Positions 60,443 through 64,000 of a stretch of DNA of 64,000 nt are shown piece by piece. The translations under genes and the position numbers were made by a program. How positions within the stretch are numbered: the first letter of the stretch is position 1; each line of letters opens with the position of its first letter. Under the pieces are notes generated by a model. The model saw only the letters and a program-made list of their open reading frames with translations. It was not told where the DNA came from and did no database searches. Source of the DNA: an uncultured delta proteobacterium (lineage in GTDB: Bacteria > Desulfobacterota > Syntrophia > Syntrophales > Smithellaceae); the NCBI GenBank assembly GCA_963753975.1, contig CAVWEH010000005.1:480001-544000 (forward strand). The letters run 5' to 3'.

Positions 60443-61594
60443 CTATAAGATCATTTGAGACAGCACTGAACGCGCAATGACTATGCGTTGAATTTCACTG
60501 GTGCCTTCATAAATTTCCGTCACCTTAGCGTCACGAAAATATCTTTCCACATCGTATTCTTTGCTGTATCCGTAACCGCCATGAATTTGCACGGCCAGCG
60601 ACGTGATTTTAGACGCAACCTGACTGCAGTAAAGCTTGGCCATGGCCGCTTCACAACCGAAGGGCGAGCCTTCGTCTTTCAGGGAACAAGCACGGTACAA
60701 AAGCAGGCGCGCCGCAGCTTGCTCTGTGGCCATATCGGCAATGTAATTTTGAATTGTTTGCAATGAGGCAATCGGCTTTTTAAATTGCTGCCTTTCTTTC
60801 GCATATTTCACCGCTGCTTCATAGGCTCCCTGCGCAATACCTAACGCTTGAGCCGCCACACCTATGCGGCCGTTATCCAGCGTTGTCAGACCTATTTTCA
60901 TTCCGTCGCCCAGTTTTCCCAGAAGATTCTTTTCCGGCACGCGGCAATCTTCCAAAAATAGTGAGGAAACGGGATTGGCGCGCATGCCGCAAAGATCTTC
61001 CAACTCACCGCGCAAAAAACCGGGAAAGCCGCTCTCCACAATAAACACACTGCTTTGCAGACGTGTTTGATCGGCATTGGTAAGAGCAAAAATTAAGGAT
61101 AGATCGCAAATTCCGCCGTTGGTGACAAATATTTTCGTTCCGTTTAAGATATATTCATGGCCGTTTTTTACCGCTGTCATTTCCACACTTCCCGCGTCGG
61201 AACCGGCGTTGGCTTCAGTCAAACCGAAAGCGCCAATAATTTCACCGCTGGCCAGTTTGGGCAGATAAATATTTTTCTGTTCCGGCGACGCGAATTGGAG
61301 AAACGGATAGATGGCCACGCCGTTGTGCACCGTAACGCATACGCCTACCGCGGCACAAACGCGGGAGATTTCCTCCACAACTATAGCCGCACTTATGGAA
61401 TCCAGTGCCGCTCCACCGAATTCCTTGGGCACTTGCAGGCCGAAATAATTAAGCGCTTTCATTTTTTCAATAACGTCGTGCGGAAATGTGGCATTGCGGT
61501 CTATTTCCGCAGCAATAGGGGCAAGTTCGGTTTCCGCAAAATGCCTCACAGAATTGCGGATAAGTCTATGTTTCATGCAAGGATTGAATTGCAA
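60443..61594 (-). CDS. Short-chain (butyryl-CoA-type) acyl-CoA dehydrogenase
   Basis: AFGLTEANAGSD, NGTKIFVTNG, ERQQF, QIHGGYGY, IYEGTSEIQ; TTG 61594 follows AGGAG; upstream of etfBA. Confidence 0.93.
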   Translation of the reverse strand: MQFNPCMKHRLIRNSVRHFAETELAPIAAEIDRNATFPHDVIEKMKALNYFGLQVPKEFGGAALDSISAAIVVEEISRVCAAVGVCVTVHNGVAIYPFLQFASPEQKNIYLPKLASGEIIGAFGLTEANAGSDAGSVEMTAVKNGHEYILNGTKIFVTNGGICDLSLIFALTNADQTRLQSSVFIVESGFPGFLRGELEDLCGMRANPVSSLFLEDCRVPEKNLLGKLGDGMKIGLTTLDNGRIGVAAQALGIAQGAYEAAVKYAKERQQFKKPIASLQTIQNYIADMATEQAAARLLLYRACSLKDEGSPFGCEAAMAKLYCSQVASKITSLAVQIHGGYGYSKEYDVERYFRDAKVTEIYEGTSEIQRIVIARSVLSQMIL

Positions 61595-61875
61595 CTTACA
61601 TCTCCTGATCAAAGCGGTATTTTTTGCACAAATAACTTAAAAAAACTGTAAAATCAAGAAAATGAAACAAAAAACTTTTTCTGGAATATCAAACTAACGA
61701 CCTGTAAAATTACACTATACTTAAAATGATTATATCAACAAAGAATAATTTCAATAAAATACGTATTTTCTTGTTTTCACTGATTTTATTATTTACCGAT
61801 GTGTCGTCGCTCATGAGCTGTTCTTTTATACCGATAATTCTCGACCTGGCATCCGAGTAGACAATCCATTAATCT

Positions 61876-62199
61876 TTAAACGTTTTCTTTCAATCGAATT
61901 TCAGCCGCTTTTTCCGTATTTAAATAATACCGGCCTTGAAAAGTTTTACATACTATTCCGCTTAAAAGAAGCATCTCTAACGCTTTAGGGCGATAATCAC
62001 GATAGCCTACTTTGAAATAACTGATTTTATCGTAAGGTAAATCAACGGCGGCTACGGCATTTATCGCTCCTCTATCTTCCAACTCCTTCATAATTGTCAG
62101 ACATATTTGCTTTGTCCACCAGCCGGTGCCCAACATTGCCAGAAGATACACAACCAGCAGAGCGAAAATACCGATAATTATTTGCATTGATTCCGGCAT
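61876..62199 (-). CDS. Hypothetical membrane-anchored protein
   Basis: N-terminal TM helix; RDYRPKALE. Confidence 0.65.
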   Translation of the reverse strand: MPESMQIIIGIFALLVVYLLAMLGTGWWTKQICLTIMKELEDRGAINAVAAVDLPYDKISYFKVGYRDYRPKALEMLLLSGIVCKTFQGRYYLNTEKAAEIRLKENV

Positions 62200-62398
62200 G
62201 AATTATATATACCTAATAAGAATTTTGTTAATTCTTAAACAATTTATTTTAATTGAGCAAGGATTTAATTGACTTATTTCTATTTCTCATCAGCCTCTCC
62301 GAATCTTATGGATATAATCATGATATATTGCTTTTTTACTTATAATTGTTATTATAATGGCTATGAAATAGGAATTTCTGAAAAGAAAGGGGCGGAAT

Positions 62399-63097
62399 AT
62401 GAAAAAAAACAAAATGCTGAAGAAAAAGAAACCCTTAAAGAAAACTAAAAAAGTTAAAGCTTTAAAAAAGGCCAAGGTTCCCCAAAAAGTCAAAGCACCA
62501 AAAAAAGCGGCTGTAAAAAAAGCAAAGGCGCTCCTAAAGGCGCCTGTGAAAAAAGTCAAGGCACCGAAAAAAACAAGGTTCGTTAAAAAGGCCGCGGCTC
62601 CGCAAAGGCCTGTTGCGAAAAAAGCTCCTGTTCCGGCAACCCCGGCCATACAAGATTTGCAAAAGCAAAAGGTTAAATTTACATTGCATCCATATCAATA
62701 CGAAGAACCAGGCGGCACAAAACAATCGGCAAGCAAATTGGGTGTTGACGAGCATATCATCATTAAAACGTTGATTATGGAAGATGAAAATGGAAAACCG
62801 CTGATTATTTTGATGCACGGCGATAAAGAAGTTGCCACAGATGCACTGGCGACTATTATCGGCGCACAAGCGGTTTCTCCGTGTAAACCGGAAATCGCTA
62901 AAGGACATACGGGGTATCAAGTAGGGGGGACTTCGCCTTTCGGAATAAAGAAAGTAATTCCTGTTTTCATGGAAAGAACTATAGCCGATTTGTCCAATAT
63001 TTATATTAACGCGGGACAGCGCGGTCTTTTGGCACAAATGTCTCCCTTTGATCTTATTAACATGCTTAAGCCGTTTATGGTCAGTGTCGCCAGATGA
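62399..63097 (+). CDS. ybaK: YbaK Cys-tRNA(Pro) deacylase with a Lys/Ala/Pro-rich N-terminal extension
   Basis: TPAI, IIKTLI, TGYQVGGTSPFG, INAGQRG. Confidence 0.88.
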   Translation: MKKNKMLKKKKPLKKTKKVKALKKAKVPQKVKAPKKAAVKKAKALLKAPVKKVKAPKKTRFVKKAAAPQRPVAKKAPVPATPAIQDLQKQKVKFTLHPYQYEEPGGTKQSASKLGVDEHIIIKTLIMEDENGKPLIILMHGDKEVATDALATIIGAQAVSPCKPEIAKGHTGYQVGGTSPFGIKKVIPVFMERTIADLSNIYINAGQRGLLAQMSPFDLINMLKPFMVSVAR

Positions 63098-63149
63098 TTC
63101 ATGTCTTGCCGATAAAAATACTATGATGGTAATTTAAGGTAACGCCAGT

Positions 63150-63707
63150 ATGCCGGAAAGCGTAATAATCCGCTGTCTAAATTGCGGAACGAAAAATCGC
63201 ATACCCAAAAAAAAATTCCAGGGTAGGTCTGTCTGCGGCAAATGCGCCGCGCCATTGGATGATTTGATTATCCGCTGTCTCAAATGCGGCACCAAAAATA
63301 GAATGCCCGAAGATCGCCTCAATCAAAAGCCTCTTTGCGGCAAATGCGGAGAACCGCTGGTGAGCACCCAACAAAAAACCAAACCTTTAGAGGTAACGGA
63401 TAACACATTTGCCCGTGAAGTTTTGGCTTCCGACACGTCGGTTCTTGTCGATTGCTGGGCGCCCTGGTGCGGCCCCTGCAAGCAATTATCGCCGATAATC
63501 GATGAGCTCGCCTCCGATTATGCCAACGGCATAAAAGTAACCAAACTGAATGTCGATGAAAATCCGCTCACCGCTTCGCAATATGGAATCCATAGTATTC
63601 CGACGATGCTTTTTTTTAAAGAAGGCAAGCTGGTGCAACGTCTGACCGGAGCGCTCCCGAAAGAAGAAATCGAAAAAAATTTATTATCTATAATCAAAAC
63701 CAACTGA
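63150..63707 (+). CDS. trxC: Thioredoxin TrxC-like with a duplicated zinc-ribbon
   Basis: WAPWCGPC, SIPT; two CxxCGTKNR...CGKC units. Confidence 0.85.
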   Translation: MPESVIIRCLNCGTKNRIPKKKFQGRSVCGKCAAPLDDLIIRCLKCGTKNRMPEDRLNQKPLCGKCGEPLVSTQQKTKPLEVTDNTFAREVLASDTSVLVDCWAPWCGPCKQLSPIIDELASDYANGIKVTKLNVDENPLTASQYGIHSIPTMLFFKEGKLVQRLTGALPKEEIEKNLLSIIKTN

Positions 63708-63724
63708 ATCCAGGCCAAACATTC

Positions 63725-64000
63725 ATGAAAAAAACCAAGGCGAATTTGAAGTACCAGTGTAAGATTTTCGACGTTTGGGAAGAAGAAGTCCTCTTGCCTA
63801 ATGGAAAATCAATCAAACAAAACTGGATTGACCATAAGCCTACTGTTGCTATTGTTGCCTTCAACGGCAAAAATGAAATACTCTTAATCAAACAATACCG
63901 CCTTGCCTTAAAAAAGCATCTTTTGGAAATTCCGGCCGGTTCGCTCCATAAGCTGGAAGAATCACCTATCGCCTGTGCTCAAAGGAAACTGGCCGAAGAA
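63725..64000 (+). CDS. NUDIX hydrolase (ADP-ribose pyrophosphatase-like), runs off the right edge; not in the ORF track
   Basis: MKKTKANLKYQCKIFDV...LPNG...LIKQYR...LEIPAG...ACAQRKLAEE. Confidence 0.85.
   Translation, partial: MKKTKANLKYQCKIFDVWEEEVLLPNGKSIKQNWIDHKPTVAIVAFNGKNEILLIKQYRLALKKHLLEIPAGSLHKLEESPIACAQRKLAEE

Noticed and set aside
63940..64000. NUDIX box reads RKLAEE instead of RELxEE
   Set aside because: Single-base difference at the window edge in an error-prone sequence; cannot be interpreted

Overview
This is a chromosomal window from an anaerobic bacterium. The gene content (ADP-forming acyl-CoA synthetase, acyl-CoA dehydrogenases, ETF, sigma-54 activator) suggests a Syntrophales/Smithella-like deltaproteobacterium, which is an inference. 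A perfect parS site and mnmG suggest it lies near the replication origin. The main blocks are: (1) a non-canonical split glutamate synthase cluster with a GAF/sigma-54 activator, and an amtB-glnK-glnA-flotillin-porin cluster behind a clear -24/-12 promoter with three CAACA-N4-TGTTG palindromes; (2) a small AT-rich island with a stranded integron-cassette-like radical SAM gene, an aminotransferase relic and an atypical HicB-like/HicA-like pair whose small gene is missing from the ORF track; (3) housekeeping genes (mnmG, hisHF, pdxST, mutM, lysA, murI, thyX); (4) a KamA + two ATP-grasp ligases + GNAT cluster that looks like an uncharacterised beta-amino-acid peptide pathway, the best candidate for a novel system; (5) a CHASE2-PP2C-FHA module with no kinase; (6) acyl-CoA metabolism genes. 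Intergenic DNA holds several miniature elements, including five hairpin units with a covarying base and a 2-nt bulge. About eight frameshifts sit in homopolymer runs and are probably sequencing errors. I saw no rRNA, tRNA, CRISPR array, integrase or transposase. All family assignments come from motif recognition by eye; no database searches were run.
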